From: a virus
Lineage: Duplodnaviria; Heunggongvirae; Uroviricota; Caudoviricetes
Reading direction: 5' to 3' (one strand)
IMG/VR virus record: IMGVR_UViG_3300017989_000062
Coordinates: 21,483 to 85,482 of that record
DNA: 64,000 nucleotides
How positions within the stretch are numbered: the first letter of the stretch is position 1; every line of letters starts with the position of its first letter. A program made the position numbers and the translations under genes. The notes beneath the pieces are model-generated. The model did not search any database and had not been told where the DNA came from. It saw only the letters and a program-made list of their open reading frames with translations. Shown here piece by piece: positions 48,381 through 58,300 of the stretch.

Positions 48381-48679
48381 TGCAAGACTAACCGACATAT
48401 GGGCAGGCATATGTTGCTGCCATGTTCTTCCAACTTGAGTCCCAATGGCCGGACCGATTGTCACAGCAAGTGCAAATCGGTCTGTTAATGGCTTGGGGCA
48501 AGCCAGATTGTCAGATATTACGATTGGCTTCTGTTGAATGTGGACACCCAGGAGTTATTGTAACGGCTAGTGGTAATGCATCATGTAATAATAGAGGAGT
48601 TGCTAGATGTACGGATGTGGTGGCTGGATGTAATATTGGAGTTGTAGTGACTTGCTCAGGAGACCATTCAACAAACTAG
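48370..48679 (+). pseudogene. PAAR-like spike-tip gene interrupted by an in-frame TGA and a +1 frameshift
   Basis: MPGNARLTD...CCCHVLPT*(48436)VPMAGPIVTAS...QARLSD...GFC*(48535); resumes in the +1 frame as CGHPGVIVTAS...VARCTD. Confidence 0.7.
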
Positions 48680-48688
48680 GAATATGAA

Positions 48689-49201
48689 ATGAAAATACCC
48701 TTACGACCTAGTCTTCTTAAAGTAAGAAGACGAACAAAATGGATAATACTCCACCATACAGCGGAGATGTACGAGCAGCCAGCTTCTCGGATAGATAATC
48801 CAAAATATCAAATGCCAGGGATTTTTAAAGGAGTTCTTGAGAAAAAACAAGGTGATGTAAATTATCATTACATTGTTGATAAGGTGCAAGAAGATTATGT
48901 TCCAATAGTTTGTAGACCATTTGTATATATGTGTGAATGGAATGATATACCAGAGGATATTAATAATGCTGCAGTCCATGTTGCCTTAATGGGTTCTTAC
49001 TCCTTCAAAGTTCCTGAGAAAAGGTGTTATGAAATTTTATCTTTTCGTATATTAAATCCTCTTCTTAAAATGTTAAAACTTGCTCCAAGTAGAATCAAAT
49101 TTCATAGAGATGTTTCAAGAAGTCCTGAAATAGATTGTCCAGGTGATTTTGTTGATCCTGCTATTGTTGAAGCAATGGTTAGACGCTTTGTTATAAAATA
49201 A
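48689..49201 (+). CDS. N-acetylmuramoyl-L-alanine amidase (Amidase_2-like)
   Basis: IILHHTA, YHYIVD, FHRDV...DCPG. Confidence 0.82.
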   Translation: MKIPLRPSLLKVRRRTKWIILHHTAEMYEQPASRIDNPKYQMPGIFKGVLEKKQGDVNYHYIVDKVQEDYVPIVCRPFVYMCEWNDIPEDINNAAVHVALMGSYSFKVPEKRCYEILSFRILNPLLKMLKLAPSRIKFHRDVSRSPEIDCPGDFVDPAIVEAMVRRFVIK

Positions 49202-49203
49202 TA

Positions 49204-49241
49204 AGTCGGTCCTTTTTATGTTTAGAAGGACCGACTATTTT
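49204..49241 (+). terminator. intrinsic terminator
   Basis: AGTCGGTCCTT/AAGGACCGACT 11-bp stem plus ATTTT. Confidence 0.8.
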
Positions 49242-49276
49242 CCGTTGAAGGTATGTTTCATTTATAACTTTTATGT

Positions 49277-49290
49277 CTATATATATTACT
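49277..49290 (+). promoter_or_regulatory. class-1 candidate phage promoter
   Basis: CTATATATATTACT. Confidence 0.7.
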
Positions 49291-49497
49291 TTATGAAGGA
49301 AGGAGAATTGTTTTATTTAAATCTTGTATCTATTGTGATGCAAGATAGCTTAAGTGGGGTCAGTGTGGGGAACCTACTTTTTTATTAACACTCAAGGTCT
49401 AATCTTTGAAAGGAGGGTGTACGTGTATGGGTGAAATCACAGAAGTTTGACAGGAACCCTTTATTGCCCCGAAGGGGAGGGAGGATAAAAATCTAAA

Positions 49498-50130
49498 ATG
49501 GCGCTGTGTATGAAGAAGGAGGAGATAGTAACACCCGCAGTTGTAAAACAGACCTTGACCTCGGCATTAAAACTGTCGAGAAAAATCTATTGGAAAATGG
49601 TCAAAAACGTCAAATTGGTTCTACGTTATAGTAGTCAGCCGTCAAATGTAGAACCGTATTTTGAAAGTAAGGCGGCTCAAGCGGCAAAAATTGAGGAGAT
49701 TCGAGCAGACCAACTTGCGCGGTTATATCAAGCTGTCAATATTCGTGCTGATATTGATCACACTAATGCAACTACATGGGTTTGGTGGAATGGTGAACTC
49801 TGGCGTGTTGCTGCTCTTATCGCATTACGAAAAACCCTTAAACGAGACAAACAAGATAAGTTGACACAAACATCCATGCCGAATCTAGATTCAGACAAAA
49901 TTTACGGACATGGCCACCTCTATCAAATGGTTCTGGATGCCCAGACTATTAACACACAAGTTGCAGCTACGTTACCTGATGGCATTACAATGGTTCGGTA
50001 CTATGACGAGGAGATGAAGCAAAAACATCTCAATGAGTGGGTTGAGATGATGGATGCCCTGGATGACTTACTTTATGATATAAACTCCATGACGGAGCTT
50101 CGTTCCCCCCCAGTCCCCGACAAAATGTAA
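49498..50130 (+). CDS. coiled-coil protein (DIP1984-like)
   Basis: ALKLS...ADIDHTNATT...DDLLYDINSMTEL pattern; GC-richer. Confidence 0.55.
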   Translation: MALCMKKEEIVTPAVVKQTLTSALKLSRKIYWKMVKNVKLVLRYSSQPSNVEPYFESKAAQAAKIEEIRADQLARLYQAVNIRADIDHTNATTWVWWNGELWRVAALIALRKTLKRDKQDKLTQTSMPNLDSDKIYGHGHLYQMVLDAQTINTQVAATLPDGITMVRYYDEEMKQKHLNEWVEMMDALDDLLYDINSMTELRSPPVPDKM

Positions 50131-50132
50131 AT

Positions 50133-50318
50133 GACTTAAGCGTTTTGGCAGCTCAGTAGCGTTAAAAAAGAAACTAATGCGACAGCGGGAATATGTAAAT
50201 ATTATTCAACTATTATCCTCGGGTTGAGTGATTGGTTCTTTCGCATTGCCTTCAACACTTCCGAACGCTACTGGGCTACCAAATTTTCCGCCTTTTTAAG
50301 TCGTCTTTTTGACGACTT
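50133..50318 (+). ncRNA. candidate long rod-shaped structured RNA / regulatory leader
   Basis: ~20-bp stem 50143-50163/50264-50283, inner stem 50176-50182/50241-50247, 3' hairpin 50298-50318. Confidence 0.5.
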
Positions 50319-50364
50319 GAGTTCCTTCCATTTGAATATACATTTTTTGTTAAGGAGAAATTTT

Positions 50365-51810
50365 GTGATCAAATTTGATAAGAATACAACAAAAGAGTGG
50401 TTGGTGACATTAGGGGATAAAGAAATTTTACGTCTTGCCCTAACATCATCATCTGTTACAAACAAATTTCATCTAGTTTCTAACTTTATTGAAAGAGTTT
50501 CCGAGGTGTGTGGTAAAGACTTTGATAAATGGTTTGTTTCATTAATTCATGAATATGTCGAAAATAAAGAACATAGATATCCAATTCTTCTAAAAAATGT
50601 TGACAGATTGAAAGAATTTGTTGATCAGTATATGGATCATTCTGGAATTGACTTTACACAGTTTGTTGATATGTCTAAAGTTAAAAAGAACTCTATACTC
50701 TTTACACCAGAAGAAATAGAACTCATTACAAGACTATCTGGATATCTGAAAGTGTATTCCATTTTTTCAAATTCTGATAATTTAAAACTGAGTCAGAGAT
50801 TGCATAAGAAAGTCTATAATAAGATAGCAAGAGAAATAATGGAAACGGATGTCATCTTTAAAATCTTTAATGTTATTAAGACGAAGACTTTTAGATATAA
50901 CATCACCGATAAATATATGTGGGATTACATTAAGATGATCCAATGTAAAACCATAGACGTACACGTTATTGAAATATTCAATTTTATTATGAATTCAATT
51001 CTAATTCTCTGTGAAGAAGATAAAAACCCAATAACATATTTTGTTGGGGTTGTTGAAGAAAGTGTGAAATGGTTTCTCAGATCTGTGTACAAAGGATCAA
51101 TCATATATGATGATTCTATTTCTACCGAAGATATTCATGGATTAAATACAAACAATCTAAAGACATATGCATACAATGATACGCTTGGTAGATTAAAGGG
51201 AATAGCTTATGAGCAAATTTATGAGCAATTAGAAAGAGCTTCAATATTAACATTCGATCAAGAACCGGATGATAAGTTAATTATTTCATTTCAAAGTAGG
51301 GTCAATACAGTAGAGTTTATCTCACCCTTATGTGAGTGTTTTGTATTTCCTGTTTTGTCAAAAATTACTTCAATACCATATTCTCATTTTAGAACATTAT
51401 CTCCTGAACATGCAGCTGTGTTATCAGTTTACACAAAAAGTTTGTTGAGACGGGTTTTTCGGGGAGAATATAAACATTTAATTTCTCTTCTGGATTATTA
51501 TCCCTTAACTCAACCTGCCATTGCAACAAGCTACACGGTTAAGAAGGTTCATGAGTATATTAGCGCAAGCAATCAACAGAAGAATTTTTATGGATTTAAC
51601 ACTAAAATTCTTCCGCATAAAATACTTAGTTACTTTGTGGGACGAATCTCACGAATCAATTTCTGCCATGTTGTGGACGGATCTAAATTAACAGGTATTC
51701 CGTTATCAAAAGTAGAGTTGGATATGATTAAATTTTATTCCGTCTTCTTCGCAAATAAACTAGAAAGTGAAATGAAACAAATGCACAAGTTGATGAATGC
51801 TGACTTTTAA
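50365..51810 (+). CDS. candidate sigma-like promoter-specificity subunit of the phage RNAP
   Basis: 481 aa from GTG 50365 (AAGGAG RBS); helical; KNPITYFVGVVEESVKWFLRS resembles sigma region 2; adjacent to RNAP genes. Confidence 0.4.
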   Translation: MIKFDKNTTKEWLVTLGDKEILRLALTSSSVTNKFHLVSNFIERVSEVCGKDFDKWFVSLIHEYVENKEHRYPILLKNVDRLKEFVDQYMDHSGIDFTQFVDMSKVKKNSILFTPEEIELITRLSGYLKVYSIFSNSDNLKLSQRLHKKVYNKIAREIMETDVIFKIFNVIKTKTFRYNITDKYMWDYIKMIQCKTIDVHVIEIFNFIMNSILILCEEDKNPITYFVGVVEESVKWFLRSVYKGSIIYDDSISTEDIHGLNTNNLKTYAYNDTLGRLKGIAYEQIYEQLERASILTFDQEPDDKLIISFQSRVNTVEFISPLCECFVFPVLSKITSIPYSHFRTLSPEHAAVLSVYTKSLLRRVFRGEYKHLISLLDYYPLTQPAIATSYTVKKVHEYISASNQQKNFYGFNTKILPHKILSYFVGRISRINFCHVVDGSKLTGIPLSKVELDMIKFYSVFFANKLESEMKQMHKLMNADF

Positions 51811-51857
51811 AAAGAGTGTCCACCTTCAAATGAGGGTGGGCACTTTTCCGTTTTTTT
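51811..51857 (+). terminator. intrinsic terminator
   Basis: AGTGTCCACC/GGTGGGCACT stem plus T-run. Confidence 0.75.
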
Positions 51858-51869
51858 GGTTTGATATTA

Positions 51870-51886
51870 GAACAAATAATAAATAC
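51870..51886 (+). promoter_or_regulatory. class-2 candidate promoter GAACAAATAATAAATAC
   Basis: Between the terminator and the start of the RNAP operon. Confidence 0.5.
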
Positions 51887-51910
51887 ATTGCGTTTACAGG
51901 AGAAAATAAC

Positions 51911-52348
51911 ATGACTAAACTAGAAGAAGGTATGCAAATTCTAGACGAACTATTAAGAAAAGCATACTCCTTAATTAGTCCGCTTGATATGCATTCAGAT
52001 CTTAAATGGTATCTTGATCGTGATATGAGAAACGCTCAGATGGAAAAATTTCCAAAATGTTTTATGAAAATGAAAAATAAAATTGGGCGAGATATTCCCT
52101 TTCCTATTTGTAATGTTTCTGGGATGGCTGATTTGAAAATGGTTGATTTTTCATTAAAAATGGCTGAGCGAATGAAAGACGAGCCAGATTATGATCAAGA
52201 TAATATTGATTTAGTAGTCACACAGTTAAAAAGAGTTAAAGCTCGATTTGATAAAGACATTCCAACTCCAGCACCAGAAGCTGCTAGAAAAGCAAACGTG
52301 ACGAAGAATTTTAATGCTATGTCATCTTACTTAAAAGGTCTTAGATAA
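51911..52348 (+). CDS. hypothetical protein coupled to RNAP beta'
   Basis: AGGAG RBS before ATG 51911; TAATG overlap with the next gene. Confidence 0.7.
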   Translation: MTKLEEGMQILDELLRKAYSLISPLDMHSDLKWYLDRDMRNAQMEKFPKCFMKMKNKIGRDIPFPICNVSGMADLKMVDFSLKMAERMKDEPDYDQDNIDLVVTQLKRVKARFDKDIPTPAPEAARKANVTKNFNAMSSYLKGLR

Positions 52349-55300
52349 TGATTCGATTTTTGAACATGAAAGAGTTTACTCAAAAACTCGTTCCTGTAAC
52401 AACAACTGAATACTTTACAAGAGCAGGCGAATTTCATATTGGAGGACTTTTTTCAGAGACTATTTTTGGTATTACGGATCGAGAAAGAACTGACACATTT
52501 TCATATATAGATTTATATGCCAAAGTTATCCATCCAGAAGCATTGAAAATTTTAATTCGTCTCGATGGTAAAATTTCGAAATTTATTTCCACAGAACAAA
52601 ATTTTTCTTTAAATGAGAATGGCTCGTTGACAGTAGATGAAAAAGGTGTTACTGGTATTTCAGCTTTTATTAAGTTGTTTCCTGATATTAAATTTCGTAT
52701 AGAGACATCCGACCGAGATAAACTACATCAAGTTGTACAACGAGCATATCAAAACAACACATTATTTCTGGATAGGTTGCCCGTAATACCTCCTGAACAT
52801 AGACCAGCTTTTAAAGACGAAGATGGAAACTGGACTATGGATTCAATGAATGATGTGTATCTTAGTGTAATGCGAAAAGCACTTCAAGTCAGAAGTGCAA
52901 TTGGGTCAGGTCCTCTTTTTGACATTCTTAATTATTCCTTACAAGAAGTTGTTATCGAACATCATAAATATATTCATACAAAGGTCGCAAAGAAACAAGG
53001 TATTATTCGGAGTCAGCTCCTATCTAAACGTGTCGATTTTAGCGGTAGAGCGGTCATCACACCAGGTCCTGACCTCAAGGTTAATGAAATTGGAGTTCCG
53101 TTTAGAATGGCTGTGGGACTGTTTGAGCCGTTTATTCTACACCAGTTATTATACACAGGTCGTCTAGATAAAGAAATCCTTTCAGCTGAAATTAAACAAT
53201 TTAACGATTTAGAATTGTCAGTAGATAGTGTTAGAAAGGTTCTGAAAGCAATTAAAGTTGGTGATAGGATTCCAGAAACATTATATAAGATTTTTTATGA
53301 AGCTACTGAAGTAGCTATGATGAATCGTGTTGTTTTATGTAAACGAGATCCAGCACTTCAAGCAGAGTCTGTTCGTGCCTATCATGCGGTTTTAATTGAA
53401 GGTAATACAATTCAGATGTGTACCATGCAGGTTGGCGGACACAATGCAGACTTTGATGGGGACGCAATGGCGTTATATCATCCAATAACAGATGAAGCTC
53501 AAGCAGAAGCCAAAGATAAAATGTTGAAAGCTGTATCTGGTTCATCTTCTACAGCTATTACGTTTAGTTTATCAAAGGAAATGATTGTTGGTCTTTATAG
53601 TATTACGAAAGATGTTAAACCAAAAAATTCTCCGCTTGAAGTTACAAGAGAGTTGTTAGAGAATGCTACAGACCCATTTGTTGCTGTTAAATTCAAAGGA
53701 CAAAAAACAACAATGGGTAAAGCTCTTTTTAATAGTTGTCTTCCTCTCAATCTACCATTTGTTAATCAACAAGTTACAAAAAAGATTGCAAATACAATTT
53801 TGTCCAAACTTGTAGAAACACATGGACCAGATGCTGCTCGGGAGAGTGCTTCAAGAATGGAGAAGCTTGGTTTTAAATTTTCTACGATTATGGCTCCAAG
53901 TATAAAACTTGATGATTTTGAAGTTCCACCAAAAGTATATGAATTAAAGAAAAAACTAAAAGGTGTAGATACTGATACTGCTCTTCTTATTCTAAAACAG
54001 ATGTATGATATTGTTAAGAAACATTTAGCTGATTCTGGTTTATTTGATTTGTCTGAATCAGGGTCAACAAAAGGTTGGGATCAACCAATGCAGATCCTTG
54101 TTGCGAAAGGGGTTATTGCAGATTCTGAAGGTAATATTCTGCCTGTTATTTCTGCTTCTTTTGCTGATGGTCTTACTCCAACTGAATACTTTAACGCTGC
54201 ATCTGGTGCAAGAAAGGGTATTATTGACCGAGTTATTAATACATCAACAACTGGTTATATGTCCAGAAAACTTGCATTTGTTCTTAATAACTTAGAGGCT
54301 CATTCACATTTACGAGATTGCGGAACTAAACTTACTGTTACATTAAAACTTACTAAAGATATTATACATCGACTTTCTGGTCGTTTTCATATTGTTAGAG
54401 GTAAAGTTGTAGAATTTGATCAAGAAAAATATAAACCAGGAGATGTTATTCAATTAAGAAGTCCAATTTATTGTAAAAGTAAAAAACTGTGTTTAACATG
54501 TTATGGTAAATTATTACAGAGACATCAAACCCCATATGTTGGTGTGTTAGCTGCTCAAGTTATTGGAGAAAAAGGTACGCAGTTAATTATGCGTACATTC
54601 CATACTGGTGGTGCTGTTACAATCAAACAAAAGGATATGCTTCAAGATATTATCAATAATGACCCAATTGCAGATATAGATCTAAAAACTATGAAGCAAT
54701 ATATCCAACAAGATGGTGGAACGCTTATAGTTAAACAACAGTGTGATCTAATTATTGATTTGATGGCGTATACAGAAAATAAAAATATCGAGATTAAAGA
54801 TGACAGTGTTTGGTTAAGTGGGTTATCATGTCGTGTAGAGTTTGAAGATCGAATGTTTAATTTAATTTTGGATTATCCTGTTGAAATTAAGAAACAAGAT
54901 TTTGAACATCAAAAGAAAAAGTTTATTCGATGCAGTTATGTACCAGATAGTATTATGTTAGAAATTCCTCTTGAGGCTCTAGAGTTAAAAGAGCAAGCTC
55001 TATATGTTGAGAGACTTCTTGCAGGCAAAGAAGTATTCAAAAGTGTTGACCATCTTATTTTAAAGATTGTCCGTGTTTATGCTGAAATTGGTGCTGATAT
55101 GGATATGACTCATTTGGAATGTTTGTTAAGTAATTGTATTCGAGACAAAAATAATTTGAGTATACCAGCAAGATTAGGAAAAACATGGGATCCAGTCCTT
55201 GTTAATATCAAAAAAGTTGTGTTCTCAAGCGGCTTCTTGCAGGGTTTAGCTTTTGAGAATATCGGAGAAGCTATTAGAAACGGTTTAATTTCTGAAGAAG

Positions 55301-55362
55301 AAGTAGAACCTAGTATTTTAGAGAAGGTTCTAACTGGTACATTAATTGAGGAGAAGAAATAA
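52348..55362 (+). CDS. rpoC: multisubunit RNA polymerase beta' subunit (phage)
   Basis: GLFSETIFG, KRVDFSGRAVITP, NADFDGD, bridge helix GARKGIID..TGYMSRKL, trigger loop TQLIMRTFHTGG. Confidence 0.97.
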   Translation: MIRFLNMKEFTQKLVPVTTTEYFTRAGEFHIGGLFSETIFGITDRERTDTFSYIDLYAKVIHPEALKILIRLDGKISKFISTEQNFSLNENGSLTVDEKGVTGISAFIKLFPDIKFRIETSDRDKLHQVVQRAYQNNTLFLDRLPVIPPEHRPAFKDEDGNWTMDSMNDVYLSVMRKALQVRSAIGSGPLFDILNYSLQEVVIEHHKYIHTKVAKKQGIIRSQLLSKRVDFSGRAVITPGPDLKVNEIGVPFRMAVGLFEPFILHQLLYTGRLDKEILSAEIKQFNDLELSVDSVRKVLKAIKVGDRIPETLYKIFYEATEVAMMNRVVLCKRDPALQAESVRAYHAVLIEGNTIQMCTMQVGGHNADFDGDAMALYHPITDEAQAEAKDKMLKAVSGSSSTAITFSLSKEMIVGLYSITKDVKPKNSPLEVTRELLENATDPFVAVKFKGQKTTMGKALFNSCLPLNLPFVNQQVTKKIANTILSKLVETHGPDAARESASRMEKLGFKFSTIMAPSIKLDDFEVPPKVYELKKKLKGVDTDTALLILKQMYDIVKKHLADSGLFDLSESGSTKGWDQPMQILVAKGVIADSEGNILPVISASFADGLTPTEYFNAASGARKGIIDRVINTSTTGYMSRKLAFVLNNLEAHSHLRDCGTKLTVTLKLTKDIIHRLSGRFHIVRGKVVEFDQEKYKPGDVIQLRSPIYCKSKKLCLTCYGKLLQRHQTPYVGVLAAQVIGEKGTQLIMRTFHTGGAVTIKQKDMLQDIINNDPIADIDLKTMKQYIQQDGGTLIVKQQCDLIIDLMAYTENKNIEIKDDSVWLSGLSCRVEFEDRMFNLILDYPVEIKKQDFEHQKKKFIRCSYVPDSIMLEIPLEALELKEQALYVERLLAGKEVFKSVDHLILKIVRVYAEIGADMDMTHLECLLSNCIRDKNNLSIPARLGKTWDPVLVNIKKVVFSSGFLQGLAFENIGEAIRNGLISEEEVEPSILEKVLTGTLIEEKK

Positions 55363-55364
55363 CG

Positions 55365-58300
55365 ATGGTTATATTTAAAAGTCTAAGACAATATACACAT
55401 TTAGTTAATGGAATAAGATTTCCTCAAAAGAATACCAATCCGTTTCTTCTTGTATATTTTTCTGAAAATTCACTATTGATTGACGATTATCCAAAGCTTG
55501 GAATTAAGTCAATTGATGCTCGGTACGTTGTTTCTCCAATCACGAAAGTTCCTAGAACATGGTTAGCACCAGATACTAAAAAGTTGTTTAAAACATACGG
55601 ATTATATGCTTATACAGATAGACAAAAAATGCCAACTGGCCAGAATCTATTCTATGATATGACCAAGTATCTAAGAGCTGTTGAAACAACATATAAGGTC
55701 ACTAATTATCGTCAAAGAGCTGGTTTTCTTATAATGAATTTGTTAAGAGAGGCATTTGATAAATATCCAAGTCACTATCAAAAGATTTTGATGTACTCGG
55801 TTAATGCTTCAAAAGATTTATCAGCACTTTTAAATAGAAAAATATTTCCGTTGTTAAAACAAATAAAAGATGGCGATTTAATGTTTGACCATATGGTTCT
55901 TTCTATAGTTGGAGAAACAGGCACAAAACATCGTCTATTAATTAAAGACAGAGTATATCAGTTTACGAGAATTTATCAAATTCTAAAAAGCATCAAACTA
56001 GACCAAGCGGATGAAGATATTGTAGAAGATACCCAAGCAGCAGCAGTTGAAATTATTCAGAAAATTGAATCTGATATAAAACCTTCAAATAAAGCAGCCA
56101 TAAAAGGCGCTATAGAAGATTTTCTTGTTCAATCCTCATCGAGTTTAGAGAAGCTAACTTCTAAAGCAGCTTCGACTGAGGATATGAAAAGAATTGCTAT
56201 GGCTGCTATTCTGTCGAAAACAAATGGTGATATTCCAAAATCTATTGGATTGGTACAATCAATTCCTGTTAAAAATATTCAGAAAGCAATCCGAGCTATT
56301 GATAAAAATTATGCTGATGAAATGTTAGAACCAATAAAACCAGTTTCATCAACAGATGATATTTTAGTAGAAGCGGCCAATACCCCAAAAGCGGTAGATA
56401 ATAAAACACCAGAACATATATTTCAAAAGAGACAAGTAGATTTTCAAAAGAACTTAAGAAAGGATCTTGAAAGTTCCTTTAAGGTTTTGGAAAAGAAAGA
56501 TCAACCATTGTTTGTCAAGAAGGTTGAAATTGTTCCGAAGAAACAACCAAAAGGCGAACTGAACAAATCTGATCTCGAGATTGCAAAAATTACATTACAA
56601 GATAAGAATGGAAATTCTCACGTAGTTCAAATTGATATTCCAAAGATTGACCCAAATACAGGCACTTTTAGAGTTTACGGTAAGAAAAAGTGTTTAATCA
56701 ATCAAGTGATTTTATGTCCTATCACCTTTCCTGCCCCATACGAGTCGAGATTTGAAGGGTCTTATTCCAAATTCAGAATCCATAGCAAGAGAACAGTTCG
56801 ATTGAAATATCTTGAAGGGTATATTGGTTCATATAAACTTCCATTATCAGTTGTATTGTTTTACAGTTTTGGGTTTGAACAGATTTTAAAAGATTATAAG
56901 TTAAAATACGAGTATACAGAAGATAAACCTAAGAAAACTGATAAATTTATATATAAAATTAATGATAAGAAGTACATTCGTTTTCTAAACGTTGACACAG
57001 AACTCAAAGATGAATTTTGTGAATCAGTTGGAAAGATAGGTTTGGTTAAATACGCAGACACAATCAAGTTTGAGTTTGGAACGAAAGAGTATTTCGATGC
57101 ACTTATTAAAGAAATGACCGGACGAGTAAATTCAACTTGGTTGTTGAATAATATGCTTGAGAATATTGTCGATCCTGTTGCGAAACAAGTTTTAATTAAT
57201 AAACAACTTCCTCATGAATTAAAAGATATTATGTATTATATGGCATCTAAAGTTGTGGAAGGTTTTTCACAAGCAAGAAATGATTTATCTAACCAGAGAG
57301 TTAGAGGATCGGAAACAATTGTCCATTTAGTTCATAAACAATTACAAGCAGCACATACGGATTATCGTGAACAGAAATTAGCCGGCAATGATAAAGCTGA
57401 ATTTAAAATGAATCAGTCAAAAGTAATGATGGATTTTAATCAGCTTGAAATTGTGCAGGATATGGAATATTCCAATCCAATTGAAGAAATGGCTACAATG
57501 ACTCGAATATCTCCTGTTGGAAAAACTGTTGGCGGCATTCCTGATAAACAAGCTATTCAAACACAGGCTAGAAGTGTGCATAATAGCTACTTTGGAAATG
57601 TTGATCCACTAGATACACCTGAAGGTGGAAACATAGGAATTGTTCAACATTTAACAGTTAATGCTTTTGTTACTTCTGCAAGAGGATTGATTTTACAAAA
57701 AGAAATATCTGATAAAGAAGGTTCTGGAGTTTTATCAACCACAACTTGTTTAACACCGTTTGTTGAGAATAATGATGGAGCGCGTGTTATCATGTTGTCA
57801 GCTCAACAACAGCAATGTGTTCCGTTAAAAAATCCAGAACCACCAGTAGTACAGTCTGGCTATGAATCATTGCTAACAAACGTATTATCAGAAAATTTTG
57901 TTAAGAAAGCTTCTTGTAATGGTAAGGTTATAGAAGTTACACCAGATCAAATTACAATACAATGTACAAAAGGTGGTAAACAAACTATTCCCACAATTCC
58001 TGTGCATCTAAGATCTGGTTCTGGTAAAGATACATTAAGTGTGTTTCAACATAAAGTAAAAGTCGGACAATCAACCAAGAGCAATCAAATTATCTCTGAA
58101 GGGAGTTGTGTTTCAAATGGTAGTATTGCTTTAGGTAGAACTCTTTTAACAGCAGTTATGCCTTACAAAGGATATAATTTTGAAGATAGTGTTGTTATTA
58201 GTGATAAATTAGCTAAAGAAGATACTCTTACATCATTACATGGTATATTCGAGGAAGTAATTATTTCAGACAAAGATAGATTATTATTTATTTGTGAGAT

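Noticed and set aside
48422-48679. Track ORF MFFQLESQ... as a real gene
   Set aside because: Its N-terminal half is the wrong frame of the disrupted PAAR-like gene; only the part from CGHPG is meaningful
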